A stretch of 64,000 nt of DNA from Eledone cirrhosa (GCA_964016885.1 OZ024743.1:366854001-366918000); one strand, 5' to 3'; positions 50,401 through 64,000 are shown, counted from the first letter of the stretch. Numbers and translations: made by a program. Notes: a model not told the origin generated them from the sequence alone.

Positions 50401-53400
50401 CACAACCATGTCTACCACCACCATCATAGCATACTCAACCGTACACAACCATGTCTGCCAACACCATCATAGCATACTCAACCATACACAACAACACTAT
50501 CACAACCATGTCTACAACCACCATCATGGCATACTCAACCATACACAACCACTATCACAACCATGTCTGCCACCACCATCATAGCATACTCAACCATACA
50601 CAACAACACTATCACAACCATGTCTACCACCACCATCATAGCATACTCAACCATACACAACAACACTATCACAACCATATCTACCACCACCATCATGGCA
50701 TACTCAACCATACACAACCATGTCTACCACCACCATCATAGCATACTCAACCATACACAACAACACTATCACAACCATGTCTACCACCACCATCATAGCA
50801 TACTCAACCATACACAACAACACTATCACAACCATGTCTGCCACCACCATCAAAGCATACTCAACCATACACAACAACACTATCACAACCATGTCTACCA
50901 CCACCATCATACCATACTCAACCATACACAACAACACTATCACAACCATGTCTACCACCACCATCATAGCATACTCAACCATACACAACAACACTATCAC
51001 AACCATGTCCACCACCACCATCATAGCATACTCAACCATACACAACAACACTATCACAACCATGTCTGCCACCATCATCATAGCATACTCAACCATACAC
51101 AACAACACTATCACAACCATGTCAGCCACCACCATCATGACATACTCAACCATACACAACAACCACTATCACAACCATGTCTACCACCACCATCATAGCA
51201 TACTCAACCATACACAACAACCACTATCACAACCATGTCTGCCACCACCATCATAGCATACTCAACCATACACAACAATCACTATCACAACCATGTCTGC
51301 CACCACCATCATGGCATACTCAACCATACACAACAACACTATCACAACCATGTCTGCCACCACCATCATGGCATACTCAACCATACACAACAACCACTAT
51401 CACAACCATGTCTGCCACCACCATCATGGCATACACAACCATACACAACAACACTATCACAACCATGTCTAACACCACCATCACAGCATACTCAACCATA
51501 CACAACAACACTATCACAACCATGTCTACCACCACCATCATAACATACTCAACCATACACAACAACCACTATCACAACCATGTCTACCACCACCATCATG
51601 GCATACTCAACCATACACAACAACCACTATCACAAACATGTCTACCACCATCATCATGGCATACTCAACCATACACAACAACCACTATCACAACCATGTC
51701 TGCCACCACCATCATAGCATACTCAACCATACACAACAACCACTATCAGAACCATGTCTACCACCACCATCATAGCATTCTCAACCATACACAACAATAC
51801 TATCACAAGCATGTCTACCACCACCATCATAGCATCCTCAACCATACACAACATCCACTATCACAACCATGTCTACCACCACCATCATAGCATACTCAAC
51901 CATACACAACAATCACTATCACAACCATGTCTGCCACCACCATCATAGCATACTCAACCATACACAACAATCACTATCACAACCATGTCTGCCACCACCA
52001 TCATAGCATACTCAACCATACACAACAACACTATCACAACCATGTCTACCACCACCATCATAGCATACTCAACCATACACAACAACACTATCACAACCAT
52101 GTCTACCACCACCATCATAGCATACTCAACCATACACAACAACACTACAACAACCATGTCTACCACCACCATCATAGCATACTCAACCATACACAACAAC
52201 ACTATCACAACCATCATAGCATACTCAACCATACACAACAACCACTATCACAACCATGTCTACCACCACCATCAAGGCATACTCAACCATACACAACAAC
52301 CACTATCACAACCATGTCTACCACCACCATCATGGCATACTCAACCATACACAACAACCACTATCACAACCATGTCTGCCACCACCATCATAGCATACTC
52401 AACCATACACAACAATCACTACCACAACCATGTCTGCCACCACCATCATGGCATACTCAACCATACACAACAACCACTATCACAACCATGTCTGCCACCA
52501 CCATCATGGCATACTCAACCATACACAACAACACTATCACAACCATGTCTACCACCACCATCATAGCATACTCAACCATACACAACAACACTATCACAAC
52601 CATGTCTACCACCACCATCATAACATACTCAACCATACACAACAACCACTATCACAACCATGTCTACCACCACCATCATGGCATACTCAACCATACACAA
52701 CAACCACTATCACAACCATGTCTACCACCATCATCATGGCATACTCAACCATACACAACAACCACTATCACAACCATGTCTGCCACCACCATCATAGCAT
52801 ACTCAACCATACACAACAACCACTATCAGAACCATGTCTACCACCACCATCATAGCATTCTCAACCATACACAACAACACTATCACAACCATTCTACCAC
52901 CACCATCATAGCATACTCAACCAAACACAACCATGTCTAGCACCACCATCATAGCATACTCAACCATACACAACAACACTATCACAACCATGTCTACCAC
53001 CACCATCATGGCATACTCAACCATACACAACAACCACTATCACAACCATGTCTACCACCACCATCATGGCATACTCAACCATACACAACAATCACTATCA
53101 CAACCATGTCTGCCACCACCATCATAGCATACTCAACCATACACAACAACACTATCACAACCATCATAGCATACTCAACCATACACAACAACCACTATCA
53201 CAACCATGTCTGCAACCACCATCATAGCATACTCAACCATACACAACAACACTACAACAACCATGTCTACCACCACCATCATAGCATACTCAACCATACA
53301 CAACAACACTATCACAACCATGTCTACCACAACCATCATAGCATACTCAACCATACACAACAACCATTATCACAACCATGTCTGCCACCATCATCATAGC

Positions 53401-55730
53401 ATACTCAGCCATACACAACAACCACTATCACAACCATGCCTACCACCACCATCATAGCATACTCAACCATACACAACAACACTATCACAACCATGTCTAC
53501 CACCACCATCATAGCATACTCAACCATACACAACAACACTATCACAACCATGTCTACCACCACCATCATAGCATACTCAACCGTACACAACCATGTCTGC
53601 CAACACCATCGTAGCATACTCAACCATACACAACAACACTATCACAACCATGTCTACAACCACCATCATAGCATACTCAACCATACACAACAACCACTAT
53701 CACAACCAAGTCTGCCACCACCATCATAGCATACTCAACCATATACAACAACCACTATCACAACCATGTCTGCCACCACCATCATGGCATACTCAACCAT
53801 ACACAACAACCACTATCACAACCATGTCTACCACCACCATCATAGCATACTCAACCATACACAACAACACTATCACAACCATGTCTACCACCACCATCAT
53901 AGCATACTCAACCGTACACAACCATGTCTGCCAACACCATCATAGCATACTCAACCATACACAACAACACTATCACAACCATGTCTACAACCACCATCAT
54001 GGCATACTCAACCATACACAACCACTATCACAACCATGTCTGCCACCACCATCATAGCATACTCAACCATACACAACAACACTATCACAACCATGTCTAC
54101 CACCACCATCATAGCATACTCAACCATACACAACAACACTATCACAACCATATCTACCACCACCATCATGGCATACTCAACCATACACAACCATGTCTAC
54201 CACCACCATCATAGCATACTCAACCATACACAACAACACTATCACAACCATGTCTACCACCACCATCATAGCATACTCAACCATACACAACAACACTATC
54301 ACAACCATGTCTGCCACCACCATCAAAGCATACTCAACCATACACAACAACACTATCACAACCATGTCTACCACCACCATCATACCATACTCAACCATAC
54401 ACAACAACACTATCACAACCATGTCTACCACCACCATCATAGCATACTCAACCATACACAACAACACTATCACAACCATGTCCACCACCACCATCATAGC
54501 ATACTCAACCATACACAACAACACTATCACAACCATGTCTGCCACCATCATCATAGCATACTCAACCATACACAACAACACTATCACAACCATGTCAGCC
54601 ACCACCATCATGACATACTCAACCATACACAACAACCACTATCACAACCATGTCTACCACCACCATCATAGCATACTCAACCATACACAACAACCACTAT
54701 CACAACCATGTCTGCCACCACCATCATAGCATACTCAACCATACACAACAATCACTATCACAACCATGTCTGCCACCACCATCATGGCATACTCAACCAT
54801 ACACAACAACACTATCATAACCATGTCTGCCACCACCATCATGGCATACTCAACCATACACAACAACCACTATCACAACCATGTCTGCCACCACCATCAT
54901 GGCATACACAACCATACACAACAACACTATCACAACCATGTCTAACACCACCATCACAGCATACTCAACCATACACAACAACACTATCACAACCATGTCT
55001 ACCACCACCATCATAACATACTCAACCATACACAACAACCACTATCACAACCATGTCTACCACCACCATCATGGCATACTCAACCATACACAACAACCAC
55101 TATCACAAACATGTCTACCACCATCATCATGGCATACTCAACCATACACAACAACCACTATCACAACCATGTCTGCCACCACCATCATAGCATACTCAAC
55201 CATACACAACAACCACTATCAGAACCATGTCTACCACCACCATCATAGCATTCTCAACCATACACAACAATACTATCACAAGCATGTCTACCACCACCAT
55301 CATAGCATCCTCAACCATACACAACATCCACTATCACAACCATGTCTACCACCACCATCATAGCATACTCAACCATACACAACAATCACTATCACAACCA
55401 TGTCTGCCACCACCATCATAGCATACTCAACCATACACAACAATCACTATCACAACCATGTCTGCCACCACCATCATAGCATACTCAACCATACACAACA
55501 ACACTATCACAACCATGTCTACCACCACCATCATAGCATACTCAACCATACACAACAACACTATCACAACCATGTCTACCACCACCATCATAGCATACTC
55601 AACCATACACAACAACACTACAACAACCATGTCTACCACCACCATCATAGCATACTCAACCATACACAACAACACTATCACAACCATCATAGCATACTCA
55701 ACCATACACAACAACCACTATCACAACCAT
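48750..55730. repeat. Near-perfect 3,473-bp tandem duplication
   Basis: Identical ORFs at offset 3473 (48957/52430, 49460/52933, 50563/54036, 51754/55227). Rare CCAAACAC variant at ~49448 and ~52921 only. One visible difference (C>T at ~54818). Confidence 0.92.
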
Positions 55731-55829
55731 GTCTGCAACCACCATCATAGCATACTCAACCATACACAACAACACTACAACAACCATGTCTACCACCACC
55801 ATCATAGCATACTCAACCATACACAACAA

Positions 55830-58800
55830 CACTATCACAACCATGTCTACCACAACCATCATAGCATACTCAACCATACACAACAACCATTATCACAACC
55901 ATGTCTGCCACCATCATCATAGCATACTCAGCCATACACAACAACCACTATCACAACCATGCCTACCACCACCATCATAGCATACTCAACCATACACAAC
56001 AACACTATCACAACCATGTCTACCACCACCATCATAGCATACTCAACCATACACAACAACACTATCACAACCATGTCTACCACCACCATCATAGCATACT
56101 CAACCGTACACAACCATGTCTGCCAACACCATCGTAGCATACTCAACCATACACAACAACACTATCACAACCATGTCTACAACCACCATCATAGCATACT
56201 CAACCATACACAACAACCACTATCACAACCAAGTCTGCCACCACCATCATAGCATACTCAACCATATACAACAACCACTATCACAACCATGTCTGCCACC
56301 ACCATCATGGCATACTCAACCATACACAACAACCACTATCACAACCATGTCTACCACCACCATCATAGCATACTCAACCATACACAACAACACTATCACA
56401 ACCATGTCTACCACCACCATCATAGCATACTCAACCGTACACAACCATGTCTGCCAACACCATCATAGCATACTCAACCATACACAACAACACTATCACA
56501 ACCATGTCTACAACCACCATCATGGCATACTCAACCATACACAACCACTATCACAACCATGTCTGCCACCACCATCATAGCATACTCAACCATACACAAC
56601 AACACTATCACAACCATGTCTACCACCACCATCATAGCATACTCAACCATACACAACAACACTATCACAACCATATCTACCACCACCATCATGGCATACT
56701 CAACCATACACAACCATGTCTACCACCACCATCATAGCATACTCAACCATACACAACACTATCACAACCATGTCTACCACCACCATCATAGCATACTCAA
56801 CCATACACAACAACACTATCACAACCATGTCTGCCACCACCATCAAAGCATACTCAACCATACACAACAACACTATCACAACCATGTCTACCACCACCAT
56901 CATACCATACTCAACCATACACAACAACACTATCACAACCATGTCTACCACCACCATCATAGCATACTCAACCATACACAACAACACTATCACAACCATG
57001 TCCACCACCACCATCATAGCATACTCAACCATACACAACAACACTATCACAACCATGTCTGCCACCACCATCATAGCATACTCAACCATACACAACAACA
57101 CTATCACAACCATGTCAGCCACCACCATCATGACATACTCAACCATACACAACAACCACTATCACAACCATGTCTACCACCACCATCATAGCATACTCAA
57201 CCATACACAACAACCACTATCACAACCATGTCTGCCACCACCATCATAGCATACTCAACCATACACAACAATCACTATCACAACCATGTCTGCCACCACC
57301 ATCATGGCATACTCAACCATACACAACAACACTATCACAACCATGTCTGCCACCACCATCATGGCATACTCAACCATACACAACAACCACTATCACAACC
57401 ATGTCTGCCACCACCATCATGGCATACACAACCATACACAACAACACTATCACAACCATGTCTAACACCACCATCACAGCATACTCAACCATACACAACA
57501 ACACTATCACAACCATGTCTACCACCACCATCATAACATACTCAACCATACACAACAACCACTATCACAACCATGTCTACCACCACCATCATGGCATACT
57601 CAACCATACACAACAACCACTATCACAAACATGTCTACCACCATCATCATGGCATACTCAACCATACACAACAACCACTATCACAACCATGTCTGCCACC
57701 ACCATCATAGCATACTCAACCATACACAACAACCACTATCAGAACCATGTCTACCACCACCATCATAGCATTCTCAACCATACACAACAATACTATCACA
57801 AGCATGTCTACCACCACCATCATAGCATCCTCAACCATACACAACATCCACTATCACAACCATGTCAACCACCACCATCATAGCATACTCAACCATACAC
57901 AACAATCACTATCACAACCATGTCTGCCACCACCATCATAGCATACTCAACCATACACAACAATCACTATCACAACCATGTCTGCCACCACCATCATAGC
58001 ATACTCAACCATACACAACAATCACTATCACAACCATGTCTGCCACCACCATCATAGCATACTCAATCATACACAACAACCACTATCAGAACCATGTCTA
58101 CCACCACCATCATAGCATACTCAACCATACACAACAATCACTATCACAACCATGTCTACCACCACCAATATAGCATACTCAACCATACACAACAATCACT
58201 ATCACAACCATGTCTGCCACCACCATCATGGCATACTCAACCATACACAACAACCACTATCACAACAATGTCTACCACCACCATCATAGCATACTCAACC
58301 ATACACAACAATCACTATCACAACCATGTCTGCCACCACCATCATAGCATACTCAACCATACACAACAACCACTATCACAACCATGTCTACCACCACCAT
58401 CATAGCATACTCAACCATACACAACAATCACTATCACAACCATGTCTGCCACCACCATCATAGCATACTCAACCATACACAACAATCACTATCACAACCA
58501 TGTCTGCCACCACCATCATAGCATACTCAACCATACACAACAACCACTATCACAACCATGTCTGCCACCACCATCATAGCATACTCAACCATACACAACA
58601 ACCACTATCACAACCATGTCTGCCACCACCATCATAGCATACTCAACCATACACAACAACACTATCACAACCATGTCTACCACCACCATCATAGCATACT
58701 CAACTATCACAACCATGTCTACCACCACCATCATAGCATACTCAACCGTACACAACCATGTCTGCCACCACCATCATAGCATACTCAACCATACACAACA

Positions 58801-61800
58801 ACACTATCACAACCATGTCTACAACCACCATCATGGCATACTCAACCATACACAACCACTATCACAACCATGTCTGCCACCACCATCATAGCATACTCAA
58901 CCATACACAACAACACTATCACAACCATGTCTACAACCACCATCATGGCATACTCAACCATACACAACCACTATCACAACCATGTCTACCACCACCATCA
59001 TAGCATACTCAACCATACATAACAACACTATCAGAACTATGTCTACCACCACCATCATGGCATACTCAACCATACACAACCATGTCTACCACCACCATCA
59101 TGGCATACTCAACCATACACAACAACCACTATCACAACCATGTCTGCCACCACCATCATAGCATACTCAACCATACACAAGAATCACTATCACAACCATG
59201 TCTGAAACCACCATCATGGCATACTCAACCATACACAACACTATCACAAACATGTCTACCACCACCATCATAGCATACTCGACCATACACAACAACACTA
59301 TCACAACCATGTCTACCACCACCATCATAGCATACTCAACCATACACAACAACACTATCACAACCATGTCTGCCACCACCATCATAGCATACTCAACCAT
59401 ACACAACAACACTATCACAACCATGTCTACCACAACCATCATAGCATACTCAACCATACACAACAACCATTATCACAACCATGTCTGCCACCATCATCAT
59501 AGCATACTCAGCCATACACAACAACCACTATCACAACCATGCCTACCACCACCATCATAGCATACTCAACCATACACAACAACACTATCACAACCATGTC
59601 TACCACCACCATCATAGCATACTCAACCATACACAACAACACTATCACAACCATGTCTACCACCACCATCATAGCATACTCAACCGTACACAACCATGTC
59701 TGCCAACACCATCGTAGCATACTCAACCATACACAACAACACTATCACAACCATGTCTACAACCACCATCATAGCATACTCAACCATACACAACAACCAC
59801 TATCACAACCAAGTCTGCCACCACCATCATAGCATACTCAACCATATACAACAACCACTATCACAACCATGTCTGCCACCACCATCATGGCATACTCAAC
59901 CATACACAACAACCACTATCACAACCATGTCTACCACCACCATCATAGCATACTCAACCATACACAACAACACTATCACAACCATGTCTACCACCACCAT
60001 CATAGCATACTCAACCGTACACAACCATGTCTGCCAACACCATCATAGCATACTCAACCATACACAACAACACTATCACAACCATGTCTACAACCACCAT
60101 CATGGCATACTCAACCATACACAACCACTATCACAACCATGTCTGCCACCACCATCATAGCATACTCAACCATACACAACAACACTATCACAACCATGTC
60201 TACCACCACCATCATAGCATACTCAACCATACACAACAACACTATCACAACCATATCTACCACCACCATCATGGCATACTCAACCATACACAACCATGTC
60301 TACCACCACCATCATAGCATACTCAACCATACACAACAACACTATCACAACCATGTCTACCACCACCATCATAGCATACTCAACCATACACAACAACACT
60401 ATCACAACCATGTCTGCCACCACCATCAAAGCATACTCAACCATACACAACAACACTATCACAACCATGTCTACCACCACCATCATACCATACTCAACCA
60501 TACACAACAACACTATCACAACCATGTCTACCACCACCATCATAGCATACTCAACCATACACAACAACACTATCACAACCATGTCCACCACCACCATCAT
60601 AGCATACTCAACCATACACAACAACACTATCACAACCATGTCTGCCACCACCATCATAGCATACTCAACCATACACAACAACACTATCACAACCATGTCA
60701 GCCACCACCATCATGACATACTCAACCATACACAACAACCACTATCACAACCATGTCTACCACCACCATCATAGCATACTCAACCATACACAACAACCAC
60801 TATCACAACCATGTCTGCCACCACCATCATAGCATACTCAACCATACACAACAATCACTATCACAACCATGTCTGCCACCACCATCATGGCATACTCAAC
60901 CATACACAACAACACTATCACAACCATGTCTGCCACCACCATCATGGCATACTCAACCATACACAACAACCACTATCACAACCATGTCTGCCACCACCAT
61001 CATGGCATACACAACCATACACAACAACACTATCACAACCATGTCTAACACCACCATCACAGCACACTCAACCATACACAACAACACTATCACAACCATG
61101 TCTACCACCACCATCATAACATACTCAACCATACACAACAACCACTATCACAACCATGTCTACCACCACCATCATGGCATACTCAACCATACACAACAAC
61201 CACTATCACAAACATGTCTACCACCATCATCATGGCATACTCAACCATACACAACAACCACTATCACAACCATGTCTGCCACCACCATCATAGCATACTC
61301 AACCATACACAACAACCACTATCAGAACCATGTCTACCACCACCATCATAGCATTCTCAACCATACACAACAATACTATCACAAGCATGTCTACCACCAC
61401 CATCATAGCATCCTCAACCATACACAACATCCACTATCACAACCATGTCTACCACCACCATCATAGCATACTCAACCATACACAACAATCACTATCACAA
61501 CCATGTCTGCCACCACCATCATAGCATACTCAACCATACACAACAATCACTATCACAACCATGTCTGCCACCACCATCATAGCATACTCAACCATACACA
61601 ACAATCACTATCACAACCATGTCTGCCACCACCATCATAGCATACTCAATCATACACAACAACCACTATCAGAACCATGTCTACCACCACCATCATAGCA
61701 TACTCAACCATACACAACAATCACTATCACAACCATGTCTACCACCACCAATATAGCATACTCAACCATACACAACAATCACTATCACAACCATGTCTGC

Positions 61801-63450
61801 CACCACCATCATGGCATACTCAACCATACACAACAACCACTATCACAACAATGTCTACCACCACCATCATAGCATACTCAACCATACACAACAATCACTA
61901 TCACAACCATGTCTGCCACCACCATCATAGCATACTCAACCATACACAACAATCACTATCACAACCATGTCTGCCACCACCATCATAGCATACTCAATCA
62001 TACACAACAACCACTATCAGAACCATGTCTACCACCACCATCATAGCATACTCAACCATACACAACAATCACTATCACAACCATGTCTACCACCACCAAT
62101 ATAGCATACTCAACCATACACAACAATCACTATCACAACCATGTCTGCCACCACCATCATGGCATACTCAACCATACACAACAACCACTATCACAACAAT
62201 GTCTACCACCACCATCATAGCATACTCAACCATACACAACAATCACTATCACAACCATGTCTGCCACCACCATCATGGCATACTCAACCATACACAACAA
62301 CCACTATCACAACCATGTCTACCACCACCATCATAGCATACTCAACCATACACAACAATCACTATCACAACCATGTCTGCCACCACCATCATAGCATACT
62401 CAACCATACACAACAACCACTATCACAACCATGTCTACCACCACCATCATAGCATACTCAACCATACACAACAATCACTATCACAACCATGTCTGCCACC
62501 ACCATCATAGCATACTCAACCATACACAACAATCACTATCACAACCATGTCTGCCACCACCATCATAGCATACTCAACCATACACAACAACCACTATCAC
62601 AACCATGTCTGCCACCACCATCATAGCATACTCAACCATACACAACAACCACTATCACAACCATGTCTGCCACCACCATCATAGCATACTCAACCATACA
62701 CAACAACACTATCACAACCATGTCTACCACCACCATCATAGCATACTCAACTATCACAACCATGTCTACCACCACCATCATAGCATACTCAACCGTACAC
62801 AACCATGTCTGCCACCACCATCATAGCATACTCAACCATACACAACAACACTATCACAACCATGTCTACAACCACCATCATGGCATACTCAACCATACAC
62901 AACCACTATCACAACCATGTCTGCCACCACCATCATAGCATACTCAACCATACACAACAACACTATCACAACCATGTCTACAACCACCATCATGGCATAC
63001 TCAACCATACACAACCACTATCACAACCATGTCTACCACCACCATCATAGCATACTCAACCATACATAACAACACTATCAGAACTATGTCTACCACCACC
63101 ATCATGGCATACTCAACCATACACAACCATGTCTACCACCACCATCATGGCATACTCAACCATACACAACAACCACTATCACAACCATGTCTGCCACCAC
63201 CATCATAGCATACTCAACCATACACAACAATCACTATCACAACCATGTCTGAAACCACCATCATGGCATACTCAACCATACACAACAACACTATCACAAA
63301 CATGTCTACCACCACCATCATAGCATACTCGACCATACACAACAACACTATCACAACCATGTCTACCACAACCATCATAGCATACTCAACCATACACAAC
63401 AACACTATCACAACCATGTCTGCCACCACCATCATAGCATACTCAACCAT
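55830..63450. repeat. ~3.58 kb tandem duplication whose second copy is lengthened by 464 bp (8 x 58-mers)
   Basis: Offsets 3580 (55901/59481), 3583 (57170/60753, 58094/61677), then 4047 (58558/62605, 59198/63245); 4047 - 3583 = 464 = 8 x 58. Confidence 0.9.
61387..62662. repeat. Pure run of 22 consecutive 58-bp monomers (paralogous run of 14 at 57804-58615)
   Basis: ATG at 61387 to ATG at 62663 is 1276 bp = 22 x 58; 57804 to 58616 is 812 bp = 14 x 58. All units carry the extra C/T. Internal 348-bp (6-mer) duplication at 61677/62025. Confidence 0.88.
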
Positions 63451-64000
63451 ACACAACAACACTATCACAACCATGTCTGCCACCACCATCATAGCATACT
63501 CAACCGTACACAACAATCACTATCACAACCATGTCTACCATCACCATCATAGCATACTCAACCATACACAACAACCACTATCACAACCATGTCTACCACC
63601 ACCATCATAGCATACTCAACCATACACAACAACACTATCACAACCATGTCTACCACCACCATCATAGCATACTCAACCATACACAACAACACTATCACAA
63701 CCATGTCTACCACCACCATCATGGCATACTCAACCATACACAACAACACTATCACAACCATGTCTACCACCACCATCATAGCATACTCAACCATACACAA
63801 CAACACTATCACAACCATGTCTACCACCACCATCATAGCATACTCAACCATACACAACAACACTATCACAACCATGTCTGCCACCACCATCATGACATAC
63901 TCAACCATACACAACAAACACTATCACAACCATGTCTACCACCACCATCATAGCATACTCAACCATACACAACAACCACTATCACAACCATGTCTACCAC

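Larger units (their letters stand above)
1..64000. repeat. Tandem satellite array of 57/58-bp monomers (consensus ATGTCT[A/G]CCACCACCATCAT[A/G]GCATACTCAACCATACACAACAA[-/C/T]CACTATCACAACC), single orientation, extends beyond both window ends
   Basis: The motif GCATACTCAACCATACAC recurs every ~57-58 bp along the whole window; consecutive ATG starts in the ORF track differ by 57/58 bp or sums of these. No non-repeat sequence seen. Consensus 57-mer composition by hand count: A23 C22 T10 G2. Confidence 0.99.

Noticed and set aside
552-63917. Hydrophobic Val/Met-rich ORFs on the - strand resembling membrane proteins
   Set aside because: They are the reverse complement of the A/C-rich repeat (GTN/ATG codons); they are short and terminate where a frame-shifting unit such as a 58-mer occurs.
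137-63953. Hundreds of His-rich, Thr-rich and Pro/Gln-rich ORFs on the + strand (histidine-rich glycoprotein-like or mucin-like)
   Set aside because: They are overlapping translations of the same repeat in all frames, switch composition at each 58-mer, nearly all end at the same repeat-encoded TAG, and contain no non-repeat domain or signal peptide. Frame-breaking 58-mers are very common, which is incompatible with a coding VNTR.
1-64000. CRISPR-like regular repeat spacing
   Set aside because: No unique spacers; the entire unit is repeated, and there are no cas genes or leader sequence.
1-64000. Telomeric repeat, given the C/A-rich versus G/T-rich strands
   Set aside because: No canonical short telomere motif (TTAGGG, TTAGG, TTTAGGG). 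Multi-kb duplicated variant strings indicate recombination-based amplification, not telomerase synthesis. A subtelomeric location cannot be assessed from this window.
1-64000. A single regular higher-order repeat period
   Set aside because: Offsets between matching blocks range from 326 to 9866 bp, and none persists for more than about two copies.
1-64000. Embedded transposon, inversion, RNA gene or regulatory element
   Set aside because: No interruption, strand switch or non-repeat segment was found; every irregularity I saw resolves to a substitution or indel of the monomer.

Overview
All 64,000 bp belong to one uninterrupted, head-to-tail, single-orientation tandem repeat (satellite/large minisatellite) that runs off both window edges. 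The monomer is 57 bp (ATGTCTACCACCACCATCATAGCATACTCAACCATACACAACAACACTATCACAACC). It is interspersed with a 58-bp form (extra C or T: ...CAACAAC/TCACTATC...) and with recurrent internally deleted units of about 24-55 bp, giving roughly 1,100-1,200 monomers. I see no genes, RNA genes, transposons, CRISPR spacers or unique sequence. All ORFs in the track are translations of the repeat (Thr-rich, His-rich, Pro/Gln-rich frames on +, a Val/Met-rich frame on -) and are broken up by the 58-mers. The real information is in the order of variant monomers: irregular multi-kb higher-order duplications (about 5.4-5.5 kb, 9,866 bp, 4,092 bp, about 4.3 kb, 3,473 bp, about 3.58 kb), a change of variant subfamily near 43.5-44 kb, and nested layers of diagnostic variants around a homogeneous core at about 12-36.6 kb. 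A eukaryotic origin is likely but is inference; I cannot name the organism or satellite family. I found no support for a novel protein-coding system. Offsets come from the ORF track and marker variants read by eye, so block boundaries are approximate to about one monomer or more.
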